NCBI GenBank assembly: GCA_002633005.1
Contig: NMRA01000457.1
Coordinates: forward strand, 38,145 to 102,144
Reading direction: 5' to 3'
DNA length: 64,000 bases
Source of the DNA: Phoronis australis
Lineage: Eukaryota > Animalia > Phoronida
Both the position numbers and the translations under genes were made by a program. Of the stretch, positions 1 through 12,790 are shown in pieces. The stretch's first letter is position 1, and each line of letters opens with the position of its first letter. The notes beneath the pieces were generated by a model, which had not been told where the DNA came from, made no database searches, and saw only the letters and a list, made by a program, of their open reading frames with translations.

Positions 1-464
1 ACTTGCACCAGGGAAATTAGCAGTAATAAGGCTTAGCGCGACGACGTATTTTGATAAAAATTCCATCTTTTACCAGTTGTTTACATGCAGACAGCCACGC
101 ATGCGCAATTCAATCACCACTAGTACAGCAGCGACACCGCGAGGAGAATTCTACGAATAGCCCCATTAAAACACTCGATATAAGCTTACAGCTTTGACTA
201 TCAGAGAACAACATATAAAAGCCTATAGCATTCAGCTTTTAAATATTGAGTTACTTGAACATGTTTTGGAAAAGCAAAAAAGAACACACAGGTCTTTTGA
301 AGCACCCAGTTTGGTGAACCATTTGTAACATAGACCTTGCTTAAGAACAGAGTTGACTGCTTTACAAGAACTTTGGGGTTACCTGTGTTCCATTTGAATG
401 TTTCCATAGAATTTCTTTTGTTAAAAACACTAGTTTTATATTACTATATATGCATTGAAAATGT

Positions 465-673
465 CATGATGGGAAATCCTGGATTTCTTAAAAGTCATTA
501 GAATTCATATAGGGTTTCCTATAAGATATCCTAAAGGATTCCTTTAGGATCTAATAGGAAAACCTATTGGATCCTATAGGATATTGGGTATAAATCCACT
601 GGACTTCTGTTGGATCCTATAGGATTTCCTATAGGTATCCAATAGGAAATCCTATTGGAATTTTTCGTAAGGG
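465..673. mobile_element. Right end of an EnSpm-like non-autonomous element with CCTATAGGAT subterminal repeats
   Basis: About 12 degenerate CCTATAGGA/CCTATTGGA repeats ending TTTTTCGTAAGGG, the same terminal type as 42658 and 44912. Confidence 0.5.
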
Positions 674-2964
674 TATGAGCTGTGAATAATTGCTATGTAG
701 AAGAATATGAAAAGTCTTTGACCTAGACTGAAGGACGCTTTCTCGGTGGCTCAACAACTTGCAGATCTGCAGTGACCAAGTAATTGATGCCTATGCGACC
801 TTCCGTTATTTACCAATAAATATTAACAGGAAACACAAAAACTAATATATTCCAAAACGTAGTCAAAACGTATTCTCTCATGATTTTAGTTCAACACCAT
901 GAGATGTTCAATTATATGTAAGAATTTAGTGAGGGATAATTTCTTTTTCAGTTTTAATCCCAATAAAACGTCAACAACGTCGGGAAATATATTTTATTGA
1001 AAATTCCGGAAGTTGTGATTCACATCTGGTTGTTCATCTGGACGAATCGTAATATCCTTCGTTTTTAACGTCAGTGAAGTTGTCTAACTTCGCTCTATCG
1101 TGACTTGGTTAATTTAATACTAGAAAGATACACTGTATATACAAAACTGAAACGTTACTATTGATGGATACTCGTTTTAGGTTTGAAAGAGGTGAAAAAA
1201 AACGGAATGGAATTACGTACCGATAAAGTGTAAGATTAAAAGTTAGATACATGTAAAGCAATTACTCATCATGAGGAAAGAATCAAACAGCCACTGCTCT
1301 TTTAAGCTTGGAGCTGGCCACTTTAAAACTGGTCTTAACTTGTTACTTACCCAGTTCAGTAGTGACTTGTGAAACTGGAAAGATCTGACCCTTGGTCATA
1401 CAGCTTGAGGCATTGTCCACAGCAAAAATGATTGACTTTCATATTGAAGGAGGTCACTCCCTGCATCGTTTTAGGACCAAACGACGGTGGAACGCAGTCA
1501 CTCTTTTTTCCAAGCTTAGTGATGTTTAGCCTTTGATCTTAGGGTGTCCCATTTTAGACAGTACCCTCTCTCGGTGGAGCAGTTCGGGGGAAATGTCTCT
1601 TTGTCCCCCTATACATGTTAATCCGACACTGCCAAGTATTCACGATGCACGTTGAGACTCCAAATTCATCAAAAAACCCAAAACATTCGTGCACAGCACA
1701 GCCATTCGACTAAAACAAACAAAATGTGAAAAAATTCAGTAGGATTGCCGCCATCGAAAGGGTGAATTTTGAAGAACGTAAAGAGCACTATTTGTGAATT
1801 ACACAAAAGGACTATCTCCGATATTTAGTTATGAAATATTGTTACTGTTTCCAGCAGTATCACAAGAACAGTATCTCTTTGTAAGGAATTCCCATGTGTG
1901 GAAAGCACTGCTATCTAGGCTACTACAGTATTTGTGATGACCGTGTACATGTCGAAAGGGTGTACTCAAAGAACTCTCGCAATCATACACAAAGATTTCA
2001 GTGTTTTTGTCAGCGGAGTTCAAGTTTACCTCGGGAACCGTTATAGGTAGGCCTAACTTTGAAATGAGAAAAAATACACCTTAATACTAATGCCCCATCT
2101 CCCTTATTTCCCCTTACCCGTCAAATGTGTGCAAGCATGCATGCGGAAATTGCTTATAACATCACGTTGGTTTCTGATTTACTTGTTTATGTATCTACGA
2201 AAATCGATACATTCATACATGATCTTTCACAGTTAGAAGCTAATATTGTAAGAATTGATATGATGTTTCAGTGAATTTGATTGCAGCCTGAAGTTGGAAA
2301 AACTCTATAATTCGTTCCCCAAATACTAAAGTGCTCTTATAGACGACTTTTGCATATCCAAAATAACTCTCAAAGACACTAATGAAATTTGGACTCACAA
2401 ACAGTAGATAGAAAAAACTTTTAAAATCCTTAAATAAATAAAGTTAAACTCAGTCCTTGGAAAGGTTTCTTATTCATTGCTCAATACTACTGGAAAATAA
2501 AAACACAAAGGAGGTGCAAACTGAATCGATTGCTTGTCCTTATTCGCGTGCACGTCATGACTGATGTACCAACGTTGAAAATAAGATGTAACCATGCAGT
2601 TGGCCGGTGAAGAATCTCAGTTATCCATGGGAAATGAATTTGAACTCCAGGCGTTCAGAAAGTGTGTACATTATTGGGACACAATATCCTTTTCCCCAGC
2701 CACCAGAAACTGGACTAAAGGTCGTGTTTCAACTAGGCATTTTAAAACATCCCCAAAATTCACTAAACCAGGGACTTCGGGACCTCACCTTTTCAAAAAA
2801 AAATCCTTGTACTAAGAATGACCATAATATAATACAGTTTTCTCGAAACTGGATCACAATAAAGCAAATCTTGAACTTAGAGCGAGCGCAGACGGCCGGT
2901 ACGAGCTGATCCGTGTTGGTTCAGGGTTACTCAACGCTTGATGGCTTCGTCCCTGGTAATGTCC

Positions 2965-3124
2965 CAGGGGCAGATCCAGGATTTTGAGTTGGGGAGGCTG
3001 AGCAGAGTATTAGCCAGGGTTTTACCCGTCAGAAATTCGCATCCCTGAACCGGCTACCAAATGGAATCTGGGACAATTTTAGGGGGGCCATGTCCCCTTC
3101 GCCACCCCTGAATCTACCACTATG
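2965..3124. mobile_element. Short CAGGGGC(A/G)GATCC-type MITE
   Basis: CAGGGGCAGATCCAGG ... CCCTGAATCTACCACTATG imperfect TIRs with G/C runs; a similar end occurs at ~46770-46791. Confidence 0.45.
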
Positions 3125-4504
3125 CCCCCCACCTAGGGTGGGAGATTCGGTACAAATATGGTGCCATCGGGAGCGCAAGGGCGATGGGTGGTGGAGGAGG
3201 TTGTGGCGACGGGGGATAGGGTTGTTTGGCGAAGTCGAAATGGTTTGTGCCACCCCCCCCCTCCCAAATAACTTTTGCCATCCTACGGGCCTGGTCGGAT
3301 TTACTTGTATAGAGGGATAAACGAATATTTCTCCCGAGCTGCCCCACTGAGAGAGGATCTCTTCTGAAATGGGACACCTTAACATGAAAAGCTAAACATC
3401 ATTAAGCTTAGAAGAGAGTCCATTCCACCGTCGAGTGGTCACACGACGGTGCAGGAAAGCCGGTTGTACGATTTCAAAAAACAGGAAAATAGCGGCAATT
3501 GATTCCAACATTGAGCCCTCTCTCAGTGAGCGGCCCCTTAAGAATTTGTCAATAAAACACAAAAACGGTAGCCACTTGAATGTCATCAATGGACACTTCC
3601 AAGAGCTGGGCCCATCAATATGAAAAGATCTATATTTTCAAAAGTCAGGAAATGCGCAGCAGTTCATGATATTTGTCAGGTCATCAATTTTTCCCAACAG
3701 ATAACAACTTTGAGAAAATAAATAACACGACAGTTGTCCCTCTTTCATTGTGTCAGAAAGGGCCCTCTGGGAAAATATTGAATTGAAAAAAATCATTAAA
3801 TTAATATTCTCAGCAAAAAAAACTTCACTTTACAACTTTTCGAAATATATGTATAAATGATTAAGTGCGCGTTTTCAAGTGCATTTAGACGACCTGTGAT
3901 GCAAAAACGGTTGAACCCTAACAACAGTGTGCTGGCCTGGGTCCTCAAAAGGTACACCATGTACTAATACAGAGTTATTGAATATGCTCTTCAAATTTTT
4001 CTCTGCAGTCTGTCTTTTCTCGACTTTCCCCGGTCCCATGCCTGTGTGAGTTGCCACGGTTTAACCCTGACTCAGGCAATTTTGGGGGAACGAGCCCCCC
4101 CCCCTCCTCCCCGCTTCCTACGGCCCAGGGCAGGGGGGAGAGGGAAGGAGGGACGGACAGACGGACGCAGGCAGGGAGGAAGGGAGGCCAACAGAAAGGC
4201 ACTCACGCAGGGAGGGAGATCCCGAAAATAAAAGCCGATTTAATGAGGGCAATCGTACAACACCATATAACACAAGATAATACAAGAAGCAAGAAATATA
4301 AAAATGAGAAGTCATTATTTGCTGTTTGTAAATCTGACACTAAAGAGAAGACTGACATACAAAATCAATGGTATAATTACTTTAATAAAGAAAAAAGAAA
4401 GAAATAAACCCGGACACCTTTCTATAAATAAAGAAAGAGGTGCTATATACCTACATAGATTACAACATGATAAGCATCTTGATTGTGCATCAGTACTAAC
4501 TACA

Positions 4505-4562
4505 TATGCGTGCGTGTGTGTGTGTGTGTGTTCGTGTGTGTGCGTGTGCGTTTGTGGGTGCG
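4505..4562. repeat. (GT)n/(GCGT) microsatellite
   Basis: gcgtgcgtgtgtgtgtgtgtgtgttcgtgtgtgtgcgtgtgcg. Confidence 0.9.
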
Positions 4563-5427
4563 TAAAATTTGCTTCAGAAGGACATCAAACGCTCCGAACC
4601 ACATTGTCCATGTAGTATCAGGGCATAAAATAGAGATCACGTCCCTACACTGCAAAGCTTTATATTGCAGGTACGGTGAATAATTGTCTGTAGAAATGAA
4701 GCTGTGAATCCTGTGTCACAATTCAACTCTCCAACCTCACCGACCTATCATTTCAAGTGCTGCCATTCTGAACTGTTACGATATGTTTGTCAGCTCTCGA
4801 GCACACTAGCAGTTATGAAACTATGCCGATGGCACTCTCTCCAGGATGATTTTCAAATTAAGTCTTAGTGTCTGGTGCGGGAGAATGGAATGCACACTGA
4901 AGTTATATAGAATTTGATAGTCATGAGAGCTTCAAGAGGAAAATGGCCGACAGTTTGCACTTGTCGTCGACGTGACTGTCCTTTTTAACTATATGTTTGA
5001 GCACCTCATACATCATGATTATCATAACGTACTTAATATTATTATTAATTTACCATTATCACTATCACAGCTTTTATTATTATGACTGTTACTTTGTTAC
5101 ATGCATATTGACTTATTGTCGCGTTGCCTTGCTTACCTTTCAAACAGAAATGTCTTCTAATGGGGCTATTCGGAAAGTTTATATTAACTAGAGGGCGCGC
5201 GTGTACTAGGGTGATAGATTAAGGAGCCTCGATTTGGCGAGCCATTTAAATACATGGTGAAGTGGCTTGCAGCCGTGCCGAATGAATCTGAGATTGTGTG
5301 AAAAAGGTGCTTCTGTGAGAGGAAGTAATCACGACCTTATACAAAGGTAAGGTTTTGTGATTATTTCAACGATTATACCATGTTTATTCTACCGGTGCTT
5401 GTTAACTGAGGTAATCACCGATGTTGA

Positions 5428-6418
5428 CTTAAATCTTCTTATTCTTCACCTTATTAACCCGCCGTATCACTGTATGTTACGGCAGCCATTCTACTTCTAC
5501 AATTCCTGGCAACAGGCCTCATTGTAATCCCTTGTCGGCGAGTCGTAACAAGCGTCGAAAGCAGTTGTGGGAAAAGTCGTGTGAGAAGTTTGTGCTGCCC
5601 TTATTTCCGTATGTGTGCCTACGTTTTGTAGGGTTTCCAAAAGACGAGGAGGGGAGGGAAGTTAAAAAAATTTCGTTTCCCTGTCAGGTACATTTCTCAT
5701 CATGGGGATTGAGGAATTATATTCAAATGGAATTCCAGACTTTGTTTGCCGATTTCTATGTAGACGTGTCGTCCCGTTCACTGCCACTGGTGAACTCTGA
5801 ATGCCTGCACAAGTATTGTTTTTTAACTCACGTGCCAAATGTCAACTCACTTGATACATCCCGTTAAAATGCAAAGATACAGTACCAAAGTTCGACATCA
5901 GCGTAGGCCTACACAGCAATGGGTTTTATGTCAAGACTAAATTAGCAACCGGGAGCCGAGAAACAAGTCTCCAGTGTTACAAATTTCAGACATTTTCGGG
6001 ACTGGGTGAGCAAGTCGAGATGTAAAGCTTAATAATTGCCAAATGTATCAAAGAAATGGCATAAGAATATTTATTGAAACTAAAAAATGAATAACAGTTA
6101 CAGAACACTCAGAATTCCACGTTATAGACATACTCTTGAAGTTGTCGCGACAGCAGACGATAATGTAGACCTAGTTCTTGGGGTGGTCTATTCCAATAGC
6201 GAGCGATGAATCAGCGCGGCTTTGCGTGATTTTGCACTTCACATCATAAAGAGTTCCATAGCAACTCGAGTATGAGTGTCAGATTTGAGTACGTTTGGAG
6301 TCTACTCGAAATAAGACATTAGATACGCTTTTTTGAGTACGACTCCAGTGAGCACGATTTTGAGTATGAAATCTCGAGTATGAGTATGAGTTTGAGTACG
6401 GAGATTGGACACCGGGCC
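5428..6418. mobile_element. Partial copy (opposite orientation) of the same Harbinger-type element
   Basis: Colinear with 30580-31405; ends GAGTACGGAGATTGGACACCGGGCC|CAGG. Confidence 0.7.
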
Positions 6419-7559
6419 CAGGTCTTCCTACACCTGGTCAAATTTTAGACCCAATTTACATTTCACCAACTTGGTTTAAATGTCTGAAAGCCTGGTTTTG
6501 TTAGACCAGGGAGCCGGTTTAGTAAAACCAGGGCAAACTTGATCCGACACGTGCTCTGTATTGAAACCTTGGACAAATGTAGTATTGAAACAAATTTACT
6601 TTTTTACTATTTAGGCAGATTTATAGCAACACTTTACTTATCACTTTTGGCTATGGATATTCTCATGCTACGACCGGTTTGATTCGCGTTAATCACGGGC
6701 GGGCAGAGTCTGATAGTGGAAAGCAATACCAGTTCCTGAATTGAAAGTTGACGGACTTATCCGTTTGAGAGACCACGACCCCAAAGGCAAATCTCTGTTC
6801 ACGAGTCAAGACTGCAGACGACCTGCATCTAACTTCGCCGTAGCCCCCATGCGGTTTATTTTTTTAAAGTTTCCATTCATATGCAATGCCCTCGAAGATC
6901 TCTCCCGTTTATTCACTGCACGATGACATGTGGCACGATTTTCCATTGAGAACACTCTTTTGGTATTCAGTATCTCTAAAAGGTGAGTCTATTGATCTGG
7001 ATTTCGTAATGACGAGGTTACCTGGTTGTTGCACTTCGATCTCTTGGTGTGCTCGTAGTTCATTGGAAAGCGCAATAACCCCTCCTGAGAAGTAATAGCA
7101 TGACCCTTGAATGTTTCTCTTTGAGTGGGTGGGCCTGCTGTTTCAGATTGCGGCCATTTCCTTGAAAGCGCGCACCGTGACGAGATGATGTCTTACTCGA
7201 TACATGAAGGACGATACAGGTGCGTAACTTCTGTCATTAATTACATTTTTGTCTGGCTGATTTCTGTTACAGTTCTCCACCTGTGGCAACTGTTTGGTGT
7301 ACAGGTAGTTGGAATACGTATGCATGTATGTTTTAAGTGTCGTCTGTATTTTACAGTAGATGTACTTTGGGTTATACCCTTACATTAGTGTTCGGGTCGT
7401 GATTACGCACATTTATTCAAATGGATATTCACTGAGAAGACTATGGCTTTAAGAGAAGAACTGCTGTCCGTGTAAATACTCGGAATATACATTTTAATTT
7501 ATCTATTTCTGTATCAGTAAGCAAAGCCCACGATGTACAATAAGTAATATCATTAGAAT

Positions 7560-7662
7560 AATTATTGTTGTTATTATTATTATTACTATTATTATTATTA
7601 TTATCATTATTATTGTTGGTGTTGGTGTTGGTGTTGTTATTATTATTATTATTATTATTATT
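7560..7662. repeat. Compound (ATT)n/(GTTGGT)n microsatellite
   Basis: Direct reading of the sequence. Confidence 0.9.
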
Positions 7663-10600
7663 AAATGGAAATATCTATCCATCTATCATATTGTATTATC
7701 ATTAGTTTTCATTAGACGTTTGTTACTTGACTTGCTGAATTTAACGCTCTTTCTAATCCTGACTAACAATTGTACTAACATACTAACATGCGTCCCCTTT
7801 TATAGACTCCTGATCCTATCTGTCCCGGGTTTTTGAGCCCCGGTGTTTTGCGTAATAGTTTAGACGCTAAGCGGACGTGTGTGCAAGTTTTAGCAACACT
7901 TGCCATTTAGGCCCACATGGCAGTTGTCGGGTGCTTTTCGATTCTGATTTAGGGCATAAGTTCAACGAGTAATAAAGTAACGTGTTATTTTTATGCATTC
8001 GCCTTAGTTGCAATGGATTCTGGTCGTTGTCAGAAAAAGCAATGCCTCTGGAATTTTGGAATGCTAGCTCACTTCTTGAAAATGCGCCTTTAGTTTTCGA
8101 GATTTCGGCTAGGTCGCAAGCGGCGAACTTGGGTATGTTAATTTTCTCGGGCTCATCGAGCACTGACCAATGACACATAGAACTCGGTGTGAAAGTAGCC
8201 ATTGTCCCCCTGGAGAAATTGTCCGGCTTGCGTGTATTTGAATGAAGCATCCGGCTAATCTACTGATTAACGTGCCAGTACACCGGCATTCAAATACACG
8301 CAACTAGGACATTCTCTGCAGGGGGGCAATCACAGCTACCACACATAGAACTCGGTCCGATGCAATGAAAACTGGTCATACCGAACCCGGGACACGTACA
8401 TACATATATGTAGAATCCCGATATGCATAAAACGGGAACACATCAGGACGACCCACAACATATGGATCAGCACAATGGTTCCCGTGATCGATAACTGCCT
8501 TGGTAGATTTTCCAATTGTTCTCGAAGTGTCAACTTGAAAACAATAGTTGATTTGCCGATTGTCTGTAAATTTCATTACTGTCCGTTTTTGTCTATTTGC
8601 ACGCCATTCCCATACATAAACGACAAACTGCGACCCACGGATAACCAAGACGGAAGAAAGGCGGAAGACAAAAATTAAGAAGATAATTTAACAGGGAGTT
8701 TATTAATCTAACGCTGCTTGCGTGTCATACTGTATTCGTATAAAGAGGGTACAGCTCGATACTCCAATGGTTCACAAGTTCGAACTCTAATAATACCACA
8801 AATGAATAAAAAGACATTATAAGGCCGAAGGTTCGCAAATCCGACAGAAAGAAAAAATTAGTTAGTTCGAAACTAGTCCAAAGGTCTATGATGCCAGAAA
8901 CCAGCGATTCAAAGTCAACAACAACCAAGCAGCAAAATTTTAGCGGCGATAAACCATACTTCGAACATGTAAATAACTACAGCAACTAAGTGGATCGCCC
9001 AACTTCATGTTTGGATCCCGTTTTGAGAGGCACAGGCTCTTCGAAGAACTAGTTTCAAGCACCCAAGTGCAAATAAATCCCTGAACGTTTTGCTCAAAAT
9101 CACTGTTCGGAACCTAGTGTCATGAAAGTTCAAAATGTATAACCATCGGTAGGTTTTCGTAATTGTGTGGATAAGTCTTCAGATTTATGGATTTTTAGAC
9201 TTGCAAACCTTGCGACCTGTGAATTCTTAATTTCATATAATATCTGTACACATTCTTTCTCACTTGAAGTTTTCAATGCAGGTCATATGAGGTTGATCAC
9301 TTCTTATTGTGCAAGTTTTAGCGACTTGGCAAGTCGTCGAACTAGTGGACTTTGGCTGACTAGTGTACCATTTACCCACGGCACCTGATGTCGCGAGCAA
9401 TTACAGTGTACCAAAAGTGCAGAAGGACCACTAACACGAATTACACCAGGGCCAAAGATATGGTGCCGTTCAGCTGTTAAGTATCCTGGCAGTTACCGGT
9501 TTTAACTACATGTGTGTACTCATTTGAGTCATCAAAACTTGATCAATCACTTGTTTTATTTGGGAAAGCGAAGTGAAAAATCTACTTCAGGAATACGTCT
9601 TTATTCAAGTACACGGTTTCACATCTGGTTTTAGTTCAGTCTCTCAAAAATTGCGTTGGTAATTGTATAACTGGGAGATCTTGTCAATATAAAATACACT
9701 ATAGGCTCTCAGTTCGGGTCGCCTGTATTATATTCCTTCTCGGAAGTGAACTACATTTAGTCTTAATTGCTGTATTATATTTGAACGACTTTGTCATTTG
9801 TTAAATAGCTGGGTTTGTTTATCATTAAAAGGATACCAAACTCGGTTTTGGTCTACTTACACATACACGACTTCCCCATCCAGCTCTATGAAACAAAATA
9901 ATGCTTTGTAACTTATCGCCAACACTCGAAAGTCTGGAAGAAATTTTGAAAACTTCTAACAAATTCTGCTAAACGGGTAAGCGTGACCTACGCTTTTAGC
10001 AAGTTACACAGCACCTTTAGAAAAGGCCACCTGTCACGGACCACAACACGCAATTTATGAGATAGGAAGTATAAGTTTTTTCAGTTGGTTCCTGCTTTTA
10101 TTTTGGAAGATTGACTCTAAAGAAGCAAAGCAGGTGACAGAAAGTGGATTGGTTTATCATCCTTACGGGACCATACAGGACCACGACGTCACAACGGATT
10201 ACAGTGCATCAAAAAGTTCCTGCAGTACCACTAATACGACTGAAAACAGAGTTGAAAAGTGTATTACCGGTGAACTTTCATGAGAAAAAACATTTAAAAA
10301 GTTTTACACTTCAGGTACAAGTTTGTTGGGGCATCTTTTTACTTTCCTAACCAAATTTCTTTCAATGTATGCTTCACAATATGAAATACACTCACCTCGG
10401 CTCATGTATGTTAAATTCGTCCTCGAAGGTTGATTGGACTTTATTGCCAAGTATTCGATTTTAGCTAAATTTTTTACAAAATTAAATATTTTAACTCCTT
10501 AAATGTTTATATTATCGGAAACTAGAAACCCAAGTAAAATTTGAAATTTCGGTTTTTAATTGACTGATATTCATAATGATCGCCTCACAAGAATATTTCC

Positions 10601-12049
10601 CTTAAGTAAAATTTAGCGAAAAAGAAAAGCACAGTAATAGCAAAACAACGGTATCGATAACAAGTTCGAATTTAATTTGATAAAAAAACTAGTAAAATGT
10701 TCTAAAATATCATGCTTTTATTTTGAATTCGTTTTGTAAACGGTGTTTAAGTGCTTGGATTTGGAAGTTTTACATAAATCTGGACAGCCATTTCTGAGAT
10801 ATAAAACTTCAAAGTTGGGGAAATGTACACGATTTTGAACCTTCAAAGTTAGAGAAATGTTGACGTTTTTTTCTATGGTCATACAGGACCTCGCCACAAC
10901 TTGCAGTGCACCCGGCCAAGATGTCGCTGAACCACCAACACAAAATGACACCAGAGTTGGAAAGGTAAAAAATCCCAGGAGTTGCCTCTTACGTGAGAGC
11001 GTACACCATGAGATCCTGTCTTACCCGATACATGAAGGGCGATAGAGGTGTGTAACTTTCGTTATTGATAACATTTTTGTTTGGCGGACACTTACAGTTA
11101 CAGTTACCCACCTGTGACAAATGTATGGTGTCCAGATATTTGGGTTGTACTCAAGTATTAGTTTTTGGGTTGCGATGACGCACATGTACTTCGACTAGAT
11201 AAGCTCTCCATCTATCATATCTACATGTACATGTATTACCATTTGCTTGCACTTGTCTTGCTGGTACATTCGCGATGACGCTAACACTCTTTTTAATCCC
11301 GACTAACAATTGCACTAACATACTAACACCAATCCTAACATATCAAGAAATACAGCATGAATAAATCCAAACGACGTTCAAGGTCACAAAATGCATGCTG
11401 AGTGGTGTTATTAGAATTCCTCTCCAAATGCCAAGATCAAATGGAGCTGAACAGTGGTTCCCGTGATCGATTACTACCGTGGCAGGGATAAGGATTTTTG
11501 AATTAGTTTCCGAATGGCAAATTGAAAACAATAGTTGATTTATCGATTGTTTGTATTAATGAACGTTTTCGTTTATTTACTAACCATGTCCACGCCACAA
11601 CGATACGATCCGACTCACGGATAACCATGACGGAAGAAGAAGCATGAAAGACTGAAAATTAACAACCGAAGACTAAAATTAAGAAGGAAATTTAAAGTAG
11701 CTTGCAAGTCATAGTGCATTTGTATAAATAAGATGTTGCTCGATACTCCGGAAGTTCGCAAGCCTGAAGGCAAGTTATGTAACATTGAATGATTTTTTAA
11801 AATACCCTATCAGGCAAAAAAAAAACGTTTCTAAAAACAGCCATATCAAACTGATAGTAAAACAACTAATATTCTTTCAGACTTGTGTTGATCTTCGGAT
11901 TTATTTATTTGTCGACTTGTAAACTTTCGGAGCCATGAACTCCGTAATTTCATACCATCCGCCCAAAACTGTTCTCACTTGTAGTTTTCAATTCAGATCG
12001 CATGGGTTCATTGTTTCGAAGGGATTAACTTTGGAACCTGGTTATAATT

Positions 12050-12790
12050 TCTATGCGCAAACGTATTTATATGTGGACTTATTATGCCGTCATCTCCGTC
12101 CATCCGTTCGGAGTCCAGCGTCCGGCGTCCGCTCCAAAACGCCTGGACGTACATGTAAGTTCAGGAAGTTTTGCACATGTGTTTCTTCCGTGGATAGGAC
12201 GGCATGAGCGAACTTTGAAGCGGATCCGACTATTGGTGTGACCCCTAATGGCAATTTTAGTTTTTTACTTTTACCTCTGTAACTTCAAAAGTCCTGAACG
12301 GATTTTCATAAACATTTGTTCATAGGCACCTATCAGTGAGATGAGGCTAACTTTCCGTTTTCAGATGGATTCGACGTAGTTTCCGCCACCTAGTGGCCAT
12401 GTTTTGGTATTTTCGAGTTTGTTTTTGCGTCCACCCATCTATGAACCAAACCACTCAAAGGATGATTGTGAAAATTGGCATGTATGACGATGATTTTCCG
12501 GCGACTTCGACCACTATGGCACCTCCTAGTGGCAGTGTTTTGCGCCTATGGCTGCATGTCCTAAACCGTTCGCAGGATCTTTAATAAATTTAGTACCGTA
12601 AGTGTATTTAAGTGATGTTGACGACGGAAGACAACGACTTTCGGACAGATCTGACTACTGGTGTGCACCACCTACTGGCAATTTTATTTTTTACGTTTAC
12701 CTCTGAGTGTTCAAACGTCCTCAACGTAATTTCATAAAATTTAGCATACACGCATCTGTTAATTAATTGACGCTATCTCTCCGTTTTCAA
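12050..12790 (+). mobile_element. Truncated copy of the HINE-like element
   Basis: atgcgc..atatttatatgtgg..atgccgtcatctccgtcc 5' end; cggatccgact/cccctagtggcaatttt core repeats. Confidence 0.7.

Noticed and set aside
3029-4700. Overlapping G/C-rich ORFs of 60-118 aa
   Set aside because: Low-complexity G/C tracts and microsatellite; no domain or splice support.
150-5180. CGAATAGCCCCATT (155-168) and AATGGGGCTATTCG (5159-5172) as TIRs of one element
   Set aside because: They face outward, so they are ends of two separate copies; partners not identified.
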